Below are positions 13,895 through 27,918 of a stretch of DNA of 64,000 nucleotides, piece by piece. The notes under the pieces were generated by a model, which saw only the letters and a program-made list of their open reading frames with translations, made no database searches and was not told the origin of the DNA. A program made the position numbers and the translations under genes. This DNA is from Octopus vulgaris (taxonomy: Eukaryota): the NCBI GenBank assembly GCA_951406725.2, contig OX597833.1, positions 66,340,001-66,404,000 on the forward strand, in the 5' to 3' direction. Numbering within the stretch: position 1 is the stretch's first letter; each line of letters begins with the position of its first letter.

Positions 13895-14232
13895 TAAAGG
13901 GTCAAGTCCCCCCTGGGTCATGAATGACCATGGGATTGAACCTAGAAAGTTTCCCCTCCGAGACACAAGTCCGAGCAAGGTTGTTTTACGGAAGAGCAGC
14001 AGTCGCCCATGCATACCGGCCTTCCCCTCTCCACGCCACCGATGTTATCCAAGGGAAAAGCAAAGGGGCCGATACAGTTTGGCCCTTGTGACATCTCAAC
14101 TCATTTCTACAGCTGAAGGAACTGGAACAACGTGAAATAAAGTGTCTTGCTCAAGAACACAACACGCAACCCGATCCGGGAATCGAACTCATTTCCTCAT
14201 GATTGTTAGTCTGACGCTCTGACCACTGAGCC
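13895..14232 (-). mobile_element. tRNA-derived SINE with LINE-like tail
   Basis: Minus strand: ggctcagtggtcagagcg...gagttcgattcccgg (A/B boxes), then gtgttcttgagcaagacactttatttcac. Confidence 0.75.
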
Positions 14233-14435
14233 GTAGAGATATCCTTACGCATAAATTTTAGCAACAAAATTTTATGTGAAACCCAAGGACAATATGAACC
14301 CCGGTTGAGAACCACCGAGGAGGCGTTCCCGATACACAATATGTCTGAAATAAAAGATGGCATGATCACGGTTGGAACGTCTTTGATCATTATTCTGTTC
14401 GATCACTGATGATTAAGAACTAAACAGCAACAACA

Positions 14436-14848
14436 GTGGAGGCGCAATGGTCCGGTGGTTAGGGCAGCGGACTCGCAGTCGGAGGATCGCTGTTTCGATT
14501 CCCAGACCGGGCGTTGTGAGTGTTTATTGAGCGAAAACACCTAAAGGTCCACGAGGCTCCGGCAGGGGTGGTGGTGGTGGTGGCGACCCCTGTTGTACTC
14601 TTTCACTTTAACTTTCTTTCACTCTTTCTTCCTGTTTCCTGTCCCCGACTTCCTACGCAACCGCTGAGCCTGGATGAGCATTCATCCATCCGTCGATGCT
14701 CTCGGTGTCGGGGGTTGAACTGCTTTCTCTTCTGCAGGTGTTACGAATAGCAAAGGACCACGTTTCGGACTTCTCCCAATACAGACAATCCCGAGGCGCG
14801 ATCTTGCGAGCTCTGGGACGAAGACTGCTTCGCTCAACAAACAAACAA
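14436..14848 (+). mobile_element. SINE family C, tail variant 1, with probable TSD agcaacaaca
   Basis: Near-identical to 3105-3520; agcaacaaca at 14426-14435 and 14852-14861. Confidence 0.85.
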
Positions 14849-15199
14849 AGTAGCAACAACAATCCCATGAATTTTATTAGGAATGGTACTGCACGGAATC
14901 ATAAATGTGGTGCTGTGTATACCCATTCTTGTCCCTCTGCAAAAAAAAAATCTTGTGTTTGTTGCGAGTTCAAATTACGCCGAGGTCAGCTTTACTTTTT
15001 CTCCCTCCAAGGTCGAGAAAATAAAATAACAATCAAATACGCTCCTTCACATACACCCGCAAACATAAAAACACACACACAAAAACAGACACACACACAC
15101 ACACATTATTTCTACTTGTCGATAAATCAAGTACCAGTTGCGTACTGGGGTCTACTACCTCCCTCCTCCAAACTTCCGAGCCTTGTGCCTAGAGTAGAA

Positions 15200-15612
15200 T
15201 AGAAAAATAATCCCTTTTTGCTAAAGGCACAAGGTCTTTTGATTACATCGACCCCCAGAATTTCACTGGTACTTAATTTATCGACCACGAAAGGATGAAA
15301 GGCAAAGTTGACCTCGGCAGAATTTGAACTCAGAACGTAACGACGGACGAAATACCGCTAAGCAATATAGTTTTGTTCGTCGCGCTAACGATTCTTATTT
15401 CTTTATTGCCCACAAGGGGCTAAACATAGAGGGGACAACCAAGGACAGACAAAGGGATTAAGTCGATTAGATCGACCCCAGTGCGTAACTGGTACTTAAT
15501 TTATCGACCCCGAAAGGATGAAAGGCAAAGTCGACCTCGGCGGAATTTGAACTCAGAACGTAGCGGCTGCGCATTTCGCCCGGTGTGCTAGCGATTCTGC
15601 CAGCTCACCGTC
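15200..15612 (-). mobile_element. SINE family B, tandem units
   Basis: Two copies of the family B body. Confidence 0.85.
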
Positions 15613-15701
15613 TTCACAAGGCCAAATAATAATAACAATAATAATAATAATAGTAATAATAATAATGATAATAATAACAATAATAATAATAATAATAATA
15701 A

Positions 15702-16234
15702 GTGGCTCTCATGGCTTCTGATCTTAACTGATTGGAAGTGTCATCATGTACATTGTTTTGTCTTGGTATAAAAGATGGGCTACAGCAAATATTCTGCTCA
15801 ATACCACAGATTTGCTTGTCAGTTGTTTGACCTTAACCAGTTGAGCATGTCCCTTAGTGGCTGACGATATGTGCATCTCTGATCACAAGCAGAAGTAGTG
15901 GGGGAGCATCATAGCCATGTGTTGAGAGGGATTCTTTGGGGTTTGAATAATTCACCTCTGGAAACATGGGTGGTTCTTTCAACATCCTTAAACAACCCTT
16001 ATTCAGGGACCTTTTGAGCGGGATGGGCTACTCAACCTGAAGAAAATTCTAACTGGGCCCCACCTGCAAGGTCATGCGCTGTTTCTTTTGATATGAGATC
16101 ACCATGTCGCGCACATATGGTTGTGATGCATGTGCCTAGTGTACCCTTATCAGACGGGTAGTCATGATGGGTATATTGGGCTTCGTATATTTTACCCCAG
16201 TGTCACTTTGATGGCATGAACTGCTCTCTCACTC

Positions 16235-16235
<1 letters not shown>
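15702..16235. repeat. probable interspersed retroposon fragment embedded in (AAT)n
   Basis: Higher-complexity block bounded on both sides by (AAT)n runs; no second copy in the window. Confidence 0.4.
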
Positions 16236-16274
<39 letters not shown>

Positions 16275-17835
16275 TGGAAAAAAAAAATGAAAATAGACTT
16301 AAAATAGAGAAGTTTGATTGGGTGAATTTGTATTTGTTTACAATAACAGAACTGAATACTGCGTTGTTGGATTATTACGGTGATTTTGCTACAAGATAGA
16401 TTATTGATTAAGACATATATATATATTAAAAAAAAAGCAAAACAAAACAAAAATAAATCGAATGGCCTCGAACGTTGTTAGGATTGTCGAACTTAATCAA
16501 GACTTGAATAGACTGATTGGTTTTTTTTTTCTGGAAGCACAAGACGATACAAATGAAAACTAACTAGGGAATCATGGGATACAAACATTAGATCATTAAA
16601 CAGTTTGTTCTCTGCGGTAGTGGTGGTGGTCGTGGCGGTGTTGGTGGTGGCGGCGGTGACTACACTGGTTGTGGGTTGGGTTGGGTTTTTGGTCAGGTGA
16701 GGTGTGTGTGTGTGTGTGTTTTGAAAAGAAAAGAAAGAAAGAAATGAGATAAGAAGTTAATTGCTGTTCGTGATAGGCGACGCTCTGGGTTTAACAAGAA
16801 GTCAAACAAATATATTTGTCTGTCTGTGTGTCTGCCTGCCTGTCTTCTTGCCTGTCTGTCTGTTTGTCAACCTGTCTGTCTGTTTGTCAGCGTGTCTGTT
16901 TAGTTGTCTGCCTGTCAGCCTGTCTCTTTATCTCTGTCTCTATTTTCTCTCTCTCTTCTCCTCTCGTTAACCAGGTAATTATGACAAAAGTAAAATAAAA
17001 TAAAAATGGAAAGCAAAATTGTTAAATAAAAAACAAACAAACTATATTTTCAGTTAAAAAATGGTTCACAGGTTTTGTTGTATGTTGGTGGGGTCATTAT
17101 GCCAATAATAAACACACGCACTGATTTTATTTCATTTCTTTTATTATTATGCTCAGTCAACTGGTAATGACGGTGAGCTGTCAGAATCGTTATAGATGTC
17201 TCTGTGCAATTTTCAAACGCGTTTGCTCTTCATTGAAATATTCACTTCAAAATACGTTTAAATTTTACGATGAACCGCTTCCTCGAGCCGACCAAAGCCT
17301 TGTGAATGGATCTGGTAGACGGAAACTGAAAGAAGCCTCCCCCCATCGCCTCGTTGTATATATTTATGCATATGTGTATGTATATGTGTGTCATTGTGTC
17401 TGTGTTTGTCCACACCATAACCAGCACTTGACAACAAGTGTTGGTGTGTTTACATCCTCGTAACTTAGCGGTTCGACAAAAGTGACTGATGAAATACGTA
17501 CTCGGCTTTAAAAAGAAATAGGTACCGGGCCCGAAGATAAGGTACAAGACACTCAATGTGCCACACAGTGGGACTGAACCCAGAACCATGTGGATAGGAA
17601 ACAAACTTCTTACCACACAGCCATGCCTGCATCTATGGGAGCCGGAGTTTTATAAGATTTAAAGTTATATCAAATCCTTTTCCTTGGAGGAGTGAGAAGT
17701 ATTAGATTTTTTGTCATGAAAGAGCTCCCCCCCCATCTCATACGTGCAATGAAGCCATAGTTTTCAGTAATAGCAGTTCCTGGGTGGAATCGGGGCATCA
17801 AAAGTGACTGCATGTATATGTATATATTTCGTATG

Positions 17836-17899
<64 letters not shown>

Positions 17900-18215
17900 A
17901 TCTATGTACTATCTGAGTATATTCCACCATTGAAGGCAGAGCATTTCTTATGCAGAGCCAGAAATCCGGGATCTGGAATTATCCAGTAATTTTTTTACTA
18001 TTTTCTTTTGTCTCTTTGTCTTCTCTCTTGGTGCTGTATGAGCATTTAATGTGGTTTTAGAGTCAAGTTTTAGCTGCCATTTTCAGCGTGGTGGCATCTC
18101 TTAGATACCCTAAATTATAATTTTAATAATAATTATTACCTTTGAAGGTTTTTATTCCCATGCTGGCCACCTGATAAGATCGATATTTAAATTAACGATC
18201 TTACCCTTATTTATG

Positions 18216-18540
<325 letters not shown>

Positions 18541-18578
18541 TGTTTCCTGATAAACTTTTGTTTATCCTGTTGTTATCC

Positions 18579-18935
18579 TACGTTCTGAGTTCAAATTCCG
18601 CTGAGGTCGACTTTGCCTTTCATCCTTTCGGCGTCGATTAAATAAGTACCAGTTACGCACTGGGGTCGATATAATCGACTTAATCCGTTTGTCTGTCCTT
18701 GTTTGTCCTCTCTGTGTTTAGCCCCTTGTGGGCAGTAAAGAAATAGGTATTTCGTCTGCCGTTACGTTCTGAGTTCAAATTCCGCCGAGGTCGACCTTGC
18801 CTTTAATCCTTTCAGGGTCGATAAATTAAGTACCAGTTACGCGCTGGGGTCGATATAATCGACTTAATCCGTTTGTCTGCCCTTGTTTGACCCCTCTATG
18901 TTTAACCCCTTGTGAGCAATAAAGAAATAAGAATC
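18579..18935 (+). mobile_element. SINE family B dimer
   Basis: Two tandem ~185-bp bodies acgttctgagttcaaattccg...taaagaaata. Confidence 0.9.
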
Positions 18936-19212
18936 GTTAAAGTGGCAGCAAAAATGAGTTACGATATTAGCTCCGACTCTTTACATTCTGGGTTCAAATC
19001 TCGCCGGGGTCCACTTTGCCTTGATAAAGTACCTGTAAAGTAATGGTATGGATGGAATGTACTTAGTTTAAGGCAGCGAGGTAGCAGAATCGTTAGCACG
19101 CCGGACGAAATACTTAGCGGTGTCTGTGGAGTGCTCAGCCACTTGCACGTTAATTTCACGAGCGTATGTACGTATGTATGTATGTATGTATGTATGTATG
19201 TATGTATGTATG

Positions 19213-19243
<31 letters not shown>

Positions 19244-19564
19244 GTATGTATGTGTGTATGTATGCATGCATGTATGTATGTATGTATGTATGTATGTATG
19301 TATGTATGTATGTATGTGTGTATGTATGTATGTATGTATGTATGTATGTATGTGTGTATGTATGTACGTGTGTATGTATGTATGTGTGTATGTACGTATG
19401 TATGTATGTATGTACGTACGTATGTATGTATATATGTACGTATGTATGTATGTATGTATGCATGCATGCATGCATGCATGCATGTATGTATGTATGTATG
19501 TATGTATGTGTGTATGTATATATGTATGTATGTGTGTATGTGTGTATGTATGTACGTATGTATG

Positions 19565-19595
<31 letters not shown>

Positions 19596-20040
19596 GCGAA
19601 ATATATATAACAATATATACATATTATTAATTTTATATGAATGTTTATAGACATAAGTTACGTGAGAATTTAGTTTTTGTAAATTATTATTTTTTTATTT
19701 TTGTTAATTTAATTTTTATTAATTCTATTTGAATTTAATTATGGCTTGCATAGTAAGGTCCGGCGAACCTATTTACATATACGGATACTTATCTGTTAAA
19801 ATTAAAATATAGTATTTGGTATCGAACTATGATAAAGTTATTTAGGGGCCTGATGATTGGGGTTACATTTTAAGAAAGGTTCCTGTAAAACACTGCGTGC
19901 TTAAGGAACCGTAAAAGAACCCCAAGAAACACGTGTAGCTGAGAAATGAGTAGGAAGTATTAAACTAAATTTCTTTTATATGGTGAGATGAAGGGGACTA
20001 CTATATCTAAATAACACACACACACGTATATGTAAATATA

Positions 20041-20252
20041 TATTAATAAAAGAAATTCCAACCTTGTCTGATTTTCACGTTTTATTTACAATCTTATAAT
20101 GATATAATATCAGATAAAATAATATAATAAAATAAAATAAAATAATAGAATGTTAAATGTTCATTCTGGTTGAACTAGTACTTACATGCATTAAATTCTG
20201 CAATCTTCAGGTTCATGTAGTAGTGGTGACAGTCATGCTTCACAATTTTTGA

Positions 20253-20258
<6 letters not shown>
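20041..20258 (-). mobile_element. solo 3' terminal fragment of the PLE at 61498-63250, containing an HHR motif at 20171-20215
   Basis: Matches 61500-61720; minus strand tgaac CTGAAGA ttgca..tgcat GTAA gtac TA gttca. Confidence 0.85.
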
Positions 20259-20305
<47 letters not shown>

Positions 20306-21208
20306 TTTGTGTATTGTAGGTCAGGTACGCAAACTAAATTAACCTCACTAAATGTTGATTAGTAACATAATTGTATCGTTCTTTGACACCTTCTGGAATA
20401 GAAAAGCTAAAAAAAAAAAATCATAGAAAGAAAAGAACAAAATTTGAAAGAAAAGAACAAAATTTGAAAGAAAAGAATCTACCCTCTATGTGGAATACGT
20501 AGTAAAATCAATCCCTGCGGAATTTGAATTTAGCACAAACCAACAAAAAACCAAAAAAAAAAAAACCCCAAAAAAACCAAAAAAAAAAAAAAAAAACCCC
20601 AAATAAACGAAGCAAAAGAAAAACAAGTTGTTTTGAAATGTTGTCCTGTACTTTAGTATTTGATGCTCGAAATCGTTTTACCTTTTCGAAAACAGAAATT
20701 AAGAAATTACGCTCTTAAAAACACACGTACTTATGAAGGAACAAGCAGAACGTAATCTATAACGAAATTAGAAACGAATTAAAGAAAAGATAATTAAGTT
20801 AGACTTCAACGTTCATTGCTAATACGTAAGAAGTTCAATATGATCAGTGACGAAGTAAACCCGAGATAAACAGTCAGTGAGTCTATTACAAAAAGAACCA
20901 AATGCACTTCCAATTATAATTCTGAAGAAAAATGTATTTAGAACACTAATTTGGAACAATGGATTTTTTTTTTGACTTGAATTTCAAGAGTTGGAAGAAA
21001 TAAATTTAATTTAATTGTATGAAAAGGAAAAGAAAAAGGCTCAGAATTATGGAAGGTTCTGCTAAGAAATTGTTAAAGCAGTTTAGTTTTTGCACATTGA
21101 TGATATGGATCTGTTGTGAACCCTTTTAAGTCTCACAAGAACTGGGATTAATTCGGTTTCTAAAGAATATCAGTGACTAAGATTTCAAATCTCACTCTTA
21201 CCCTCGAA

Positions 21209-21576
21209 CCGTCGGTCCGTCAGTCCGTCTGTCCGTCGGTCCGTCAGTCTGTCGGTCCGTCGGTCCTTTGGTTCGTCAGTTTGTCAGTCTGTCGGTCCGT
21301 CAGTCTGTCAGTCTGTCGGTCCGTCAGTCCATCGGTCCGTCAGTCCGTCGGTTTGTCAATCCGTCAGTCCGTCGGTTTGTCAATCCGTCAGTCTGTCCGC
21401 CGGTTCATCGGTCCGTCGGTTCATCGGTCCTTTGGTTCGTCGGTCAGTCAGTCCGTCAGTCCGTCGGTCCGTCAGTCCGTCGGTCCGTCGGTCCGTCGGT
21501 CCTTCGGTTCGTCAGTCCGTCAGTCCGTCGGTCCGTCAGTCCATCAGCCCGTCAGCCCGTCAGTCCGTCAGTCCGT
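21209..21576 (+). repeat. (CCGTCAGT/CCGTCGGT)n 8-mer minisatellite
   Basis: Visible repeat. Confidence 0.9.
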
Positions 21577-22016
21577 AAGGTTAAGTTATTGCTGGCATTC
21601 ATTTTATATTTGACTGGATTAGAGCAACGTGAAAAGAAGTGTTTTTGCCGAAGAATAAAAAGCACCTCACGATCTGCGAATCGAAACCACGACCTTAGTA
21701 TCTTGAGTGAAAAACCTTAGCCAATAGACCACAAAAAAACCCCCACTAAATAAATTACTGGGGCGTTCTTTTTTTTTTCTTTTTCACGGCTACACTGTGG
21801 TACAAAATATACCGATTTCTTTTTAGTCAGTGTTGTATTCTGCTGCATGTAGAGACTGATTTAAACATCTTGGATGCACATAGGAATGTTTTCAATAGCA
21901 GACAAAAAATAAAAAGAAGAATTTCAAAAATATTTTGTAGATTTTAAGGTCCAATAAAAAAAGAAAAGGAATGATGTTTGAATCTAAAATATCTGAAACG
22001 TGAATTATCTTAGGTT

Positions 22017-22864
22017 TAAGGAAGTACCCCCCAAAAACCGGAAGTTTGCAATATTATTTTATTCTCTTAGTTTTTCATGTTTACACTTTTATCGCCTTCA
22101 AAGAATTCTCCATTTGAAGCAATGCCTCGGTCCAGACGCATTTTCCTCCTCCGTTTATTTACTTCACCTCTTCTGCATCTGCAAATTCCGTAGCACCAGA
22201 TTTCGTCACCAGTGATGACCTTCGAAAAGAAAAATAAGGCCCGGATCAACTTCCAACTGTTCTTTCGGTTCATGATATGCATTCAGTCGTGACTGCTTTT
22301 GATCATCCGTGAGCAAGCGAGGCATAGATTTTGCTGCAACTTTTTCCATTCGCAATTCCTCGTTCAAAATTCATTGGGAGGAGCTCCAGGACACATCAGT
22401 CATATCAACTTCATCAAATGTTCCGGGTCGGTCCTTCAAGATCAGTTCCTGAATTTTCATGATGTTTTCATTCGTTTGGGAGGTCAACGGTCGTCCTGAA
22501 CGAGGTTGGTCTTCAAGTAACAAGCATGAAAACTACTCTTAAACTTGTGTTTTGCTCATGGCAACGGCCTCCTAAGCTGTCTGAAGCATGACAACTGTTT
22601 CGACCGCCGTTTTCTCCAGTAGAAAACAGAATTTCAAGGAAGTACGCAGATCCTTCGTTTCAGCCATCACAAAACTCAACGAATAGGGAAGAAGGACTGC
22701 AATACAAAGACGCACTACGTTGCAGTGTGACCTGAGCTGGTGACACCAGTCGGCAGACCGATGCCTGAGGCTCGCATCAAGTGCCTCTTAGCGGCAGAAA
22801 TCTGAACTACAACGAGCTTGTCCTACAGAGCACGTTTCCGGTTACTTTTGGGTACCCTCTTGTA
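22017..22864 (-). mobile_element. mariner element with terminal inverted repeats (TIRs) and decayed, internally deleted transposase
   Basis: Imperfect TIRs (gtacccc..aaaaaccggaa / ttccggttacttttgggtac); minus translation EDQPRSGRP...PRLLTDDQK...KVITGDEIWCY...GEFFEGD. Confidence 0.85.
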
Positions 22865-23380
22865 AATTGCGAATTGGCAAGACATTACCTGAACTCAAAC
22901 CATTCTAACAAACGGCTACCACTTGCAAGCCTGGAAAATACTATTTTCATGGTCGACCTCTCTAAACAAAAATTCAATGATTTACACTTTTTAACTGGTC
23001 AAAATGTTCCAGCTTGGCAATGCAAAACATCAACACTCATAATGGACCCCCTACAGTTACACATCATTTCACTAAAACAACTATTTATTACGAAGCAATA
23101 TATCAAAACCACAAGGTAAATTCCAGTGCTTGAAATAAAGTAATTTCTTAACACATTTCAATTACGTTGTATTATTTTCAACTGCTCTGACGCCATTAAA
23201 CTTTTTATTGTCTTGCTGTTAAAAGTCTGGTGTGCTAATCATAACAGCTTTAATGTCGTCTTCTGTCGTCTGCTTGTTTACATTGTTGTAGCATTTCGCG
23301 CTAAAATGTAAACAAACTGGTTCATTGTTGCTTTTACATAAATGACCTTAACGTCTACTCTGTGACGACACATACTTCCT

Positions 23381-23489
<109 letters not shown>

Positions 23490-23606
23490 ACCCCCAAAAG
23501 AAAAGCTCTACCTTGTAATTTGTACTATCTGTGTGCAGCCCTGTGTGGCTAATAAAGAAACATATCTATCTATCTATCTCTCTATCTATCTATGTATCTA
23601 TCTATG

Positions 23607-23743
<137 letters not shown>

Positions 23744-23759
23744 GTCTGTCTGTCTGTCC

Positions 23760-23791
<32 letters not shown>

Positions 23792-23798
23792 GTCAATC

Positions 23799-23857
<59 letters not shown>

Positions 23858-23923
23858 AATCATATATCTATCATCTATCTATCATCTATCTAGCCATTCA
23901 TCTATCATCTATCTAGCCATTCA

Positions 23924-23995
<72 letters not shown>

Positions 23996-24131
23996 AATCG
24001 TCTATCTATCATCTATCTAGCCATTCATCTATCATATATCTAGCCATTCATATATCATCTATCTAGCCATTCATCTCTCTCTCTCTCCCCCTCTCTCTCT
24101 CTCTCCCTCTCTCTCTCTCTCTATCTATCTG

Positions 24132-24205
<74 letters not shown>

Positions 24206-24257
24206 AATCATCTATCTATCATCTATCTAGCCCTTCATCTATCATCTATCTAGCCAT

Positions 24258-24309
<52 letters not shown>

Positions 24310-25098
24310 ACCTATCTATCCTCCCCCTTTCTCTCTGTATATACATACATATCTACATATACATATACATACACATATCGAAGATGCTTCCGCATTTAGT
24401 TATTTTGTCCTTTCTGCAATATCAGCAAAATTATGCGCTATTTATATTTATATTGTTAAATTTTCTCTACATCATATGTTGAAATCAAACTACATTTATT
24501 TGTAATTCTCACCATGGCGTAATTTCTTTACATTTTTTTTTTGTCATGTCGCTTATATCATCGACTTTCTAGACAATTTGACTGTATGTAGCTTTTCAAT
24601 GTTATAATAGATACATAATTCTGATTATCAGCAATGTATACGTTTATGTGAACACAAATATGTTGTACATACACATTAATAAACACGCACACACATACAC
24701 GCATAAATATACGTATGTGCGCGTGCGCATGTGTTCTCTAATCACAAGTTTGCATCATTGTGTATTTTGTAGTATTAGTAGATCAATACTGCATTTTTAT
24801 TTTAAAACTCAGGATACGTTCTAAACAGCGATGTTTCGTTTTATGATCCAGAAAGTGAAATCACTGAATTCGATAATAAAATTGAAGTATTATAAACGAA
24901 ACATCGCCGTTCTAAATAAACATTTTAGAATTTATCAGGAATGACTTAAATCATCTCGGTGTACATAATTGAAATTGCAATGAATTAAAATAGTTCTTTG
25001 TGTATCATATTTAATGTATATACACCAGTCAAAGACATGTTGCTGTGGGTTTTATCTGAGAGAAAATCTCTTCATAGACCTGTGTTAAAAACAAAATA

Positions 25099-25270
25099 TA
25101 CAGAGGGTGCTGAAAAGTTCCAACTTTAAGGGCATCGCAAAAGGCCTGGCTGGAGGCGCAACTTTCTTTTACAAGGTCTTAGAAAAACTGGAGGACTGCT
25201 GCAATAAGTGTGTGAGTCTGAGGGGAATATGCTGAATAAAATCATAATTAAAAGATACTTCTGTATTTTC
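25099..25270 (+). mobile_element. short mariner relic
   Basis: tacagagggtgctgaaaagttc TIR-like start; LEKLED.CNKCVSLRG resembles a mariner C-terminus. Confidence 0.55.
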
Positions 25271-25785
25271 TAGAAAAATTTAAACTAGAAAGTTTAAATT
25301 TATTGATATTTTTGTTCACAAACGTAAAGTTAATTTCGCTTTGTAAGAACTTTTGAAAACATAGTTTTGATACAGAATTTGAGGAGATCTTGCATTGAGA
25401 AACAAAACCGAACTTTTGTCAACAGGGAAATGCATAGACTAAGCTCATGTTGTCAATCCCACCTCGGTTTGATGAGAGATAGCCTGAAAACTGGACGGAA
25501 ATAGTTGTAACTGGACAAAAACCAGCAGATACGAACAACTGAAAAGAGAAAACTTTACAAGATTTTATTGTAAGATGACAAAGGTATGTTACTGTGAGTA
25601 AGACATGTTATCTGATTTTGGCAAACGAACAGTCATTTACAAAACAGAAAAAAGGATTCTTGGCGAATCAGACGCAAAAAAAATCGTTACTAGAAATAGC
25701 AGTCAATAAAGCATACCAGCTTTTACAAATAAGGCAAAATTCGAAATTAATCAGTGACACACAGAAAATATTCTACTTGAAATAA

Positions 25786-25982
25786 CTCTTTTACTCTTTT
25801 ACTTGTTTCAGTCATTTGACTGTGGCCATGCGGGAGCACCGCCTTTAGTCGAGCAAATCGAACCCCTAGGACTTATTCTTTTGTAAGCCTAGTACTTATT
25901 CTATCGGTCTGTTTTGCCGAACCGCTAAGTTACGGTGGCGTAAACACACCAGCATCGGTTGTCAAGCGATGTTGAGAGGAGA

Positions 25983-26051
<69 letters not shown>

Positions 26052-26259
26052 ATACGCACACATACACACACACACACATTCATATATACATATATACGAC
26101 GGGCTTCTTTCAGTTTCCGTCTACCAAATCCACTCACAAGGCTTTGGTCGGCCCGAGGCTATAGTAGAAGACACTTGCCCAAGGTGCCACGCAGTGGGAC
26201 TGAACCCGGAACCATGTGGTTGGTAAGCAAAATACTTACCACACAGCCACTCCTGCACC
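25786..26259 (-). mobile_element. SINE family A, full length
   Basis: Reverse complement of aggcgcaggagtggctgtgtggtaag...gggttcagtcccactgcgtggcaccttgggcaagtg...aaatgactgaaacaagtaaaagag. Confidence 0.9.
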
Positions 26260-26651
26260 TGTCGATATATTGTTTTTGCTATGAAAACGAAGATTGAAAT
26301 CAATAAACGACAGAAAATTTCTGCTTGAAATCACACAATATAATTATTGTTGTTGTTGTTGTTGTTGTTATTGAAGCATATTTTAGTATTGCAAACGTAA
26401 TTGAGGTCACTTTCTTGTTACAAGTAGCAGCATGATATGTTTATCATTTCGTTACTAAGGACAGTTTTAATGACCAACAAAGTAGCTACTTAGAAAATCT
26501 CTAAAAGAAATGAGAGTAGTAACTAGACTGAAAAAGCCATGTTTATCACCACCTCAATATGGCTGTGCAACATTACTACCGTTTTTAAAGTCAGAAAGAG
26601 CCTCTTCCATGTGGTTATCGAATCAATCTGCACCCGGTATATATTTCAAGC

Positions 26652-26872
26652 AGGCGGCGAGCTGGCAGAAAAGTTAGCACGCCGGGCAAAATGCTTTGTG
26701 GTATTTCGTCCGCCGCTGTGTTCTGAGTTCAAATTCCGCCGAGGTCGACTTCGCCTTTCATCCTTTCGGGGTTGATTAAATAAGTACCAGTTACGCACTG
26801 GGGTCAATATAATCGACTTAATCCGTTTGTCTGTCTCTGTGTTTAGCCCCTTGTGGGTAGTAAAGAAATAGG
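26652..26872 (+). mobile_element. SINE family B monomer
   Basis: ggcggcgagctggcagaa head through taaagaaatagg; flanked by the direct repeat ggtatat(at)atttcaagcagg. Confidence 0.9.
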
Positions 26873-26959
26873 TATATATTTCAAGCAGGGGAGCGAACCC
26901 CTACCATCTTCTAGTAGACGACGGAATCACTAGACCGAACTGTTTCAGGATATTTGTGT

Positions 26960-27316
26960 CGACCATACTGGAGCACTGCCTTTTAGTCGAGCAAATCGAC
27001 CCCAGGATTTATTCTTTGTAAGCCTAGTACTTATTTTATCGAACTTATTCTACCGAACCGCTAAGTTACGGGGACGTAAATACACCAGCATCAGTTGTCA
27101 AGCGATGCTGGGGGACAAACACACACACAAATATATACACATACATATATACGACGGGCTTCTTTCAGTTTCCGGCTACCAAATCCACTCACAAGGCTTT
27201 GGTCGGCCCGAGGCTATGGTAGAAGACACTTGCCCAAGGTGCCACGCAGTGGGACTGAACCCAGAACCATGTGGTTGGTAAGCAAGCTACTTACCACACA
27301 GCCTCTCCTGCGCCTA
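26960..27316 (-). mobile_element. SINE family A
   Basis: Reverse complement of the family A consensus. Confidence 0.9.
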
Positions 27317-27327
27317 TAAAAAAGTAA

Positions 27328-27409
27328 TGTCGGTGGTAGGTTTCGAACTTACGCGGGGAGACCCCGATGGATTTCTAGTCCATCGCCTTAACCACTCGGC
27401 CACGACGAC
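27328..27409 (-). tRNA. tRNA-Ser(AGA), possibly a pseudogene
   Basis: GTCGTCGTGGCCGAGTGGTTAAGGCGATGGA-CTAGAAA-TCCATCGGGGTCTCCCCGCGTAAGTTCGAAACCTACCACCGACA: 82 nt, long variable arm, T6 Pol III terminator just downstream; two acceptor-stem and one T-stem mismatch. Confidence 0.9.
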
Positions 27410-27466
27410 TCACTTACACACACATATGCGCACATACACTCACTCATATATATTATATAAATACAT

Positions 27467-27878
27467 AGGCGCAGGAGTGGCTGTGTGGTAAGTAGCTTGT
27501 TTACCAACCACATGGTTCTGGGTTCAGTCCCACTGCGTGGCACCTTGGGCAAGTGTCTTCTACTATAGCCTCGGGCCGACTAAAGCCTTGTGAGTGGATT
27601 TGGTAGACGGAAACTGAAAGAAGCCCGTCGTATATATGTATGTATATATATATATATATATATATGCATGTGTGTGTTTGTGTTTGTGTGTCTGTGTTTG
27701 TCCCCCTAGCATTGCTTGACAACCGATGCTGGTGTGTTTATGTCCCCGTTACTTAGCGGTTCGGCAAAAGAGACCGATAGAATAAGTACTGGGCTTACAA
27801 AAGAATAAGTCCCGGTGCTCCAGCATGGCCACAGTCAAATGACTGAAACAAGTAAAAGAGTAAAAGAGTAAAAGAGTA
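27467..27878 (+). mobile_element. SINE family A, full length, with (GTAAAAGA)n tail
   Basis: Family consensus with internal (TA)n(TG)n. Confidence 0.92.
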
Positions 27879-27882
27879 TATG

Positions 27883-27916
<34 letters not shown>

Positions 27917-27918
<2 letters not shown>

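Noticed and set aside
18959-19654. HTYI/MYVC and YI repeat ORFs (also 30900-32900, 34476-37070, 38860-39320, 41300-42200, 45200-45700)
   Set aside because: Translations of (TATG)n, (TA)n and (ATCT)n microsatellites
22781-23119. 112-aa non-repetitive ORF
   Set aside because: Starts inside the mariner end, and no recognisable domain
25959-26297. Recurrent peptide RRASFSFRLPNPLTRLWSARG as a gene family
   Set aside because: Antisense translation of SINE family A
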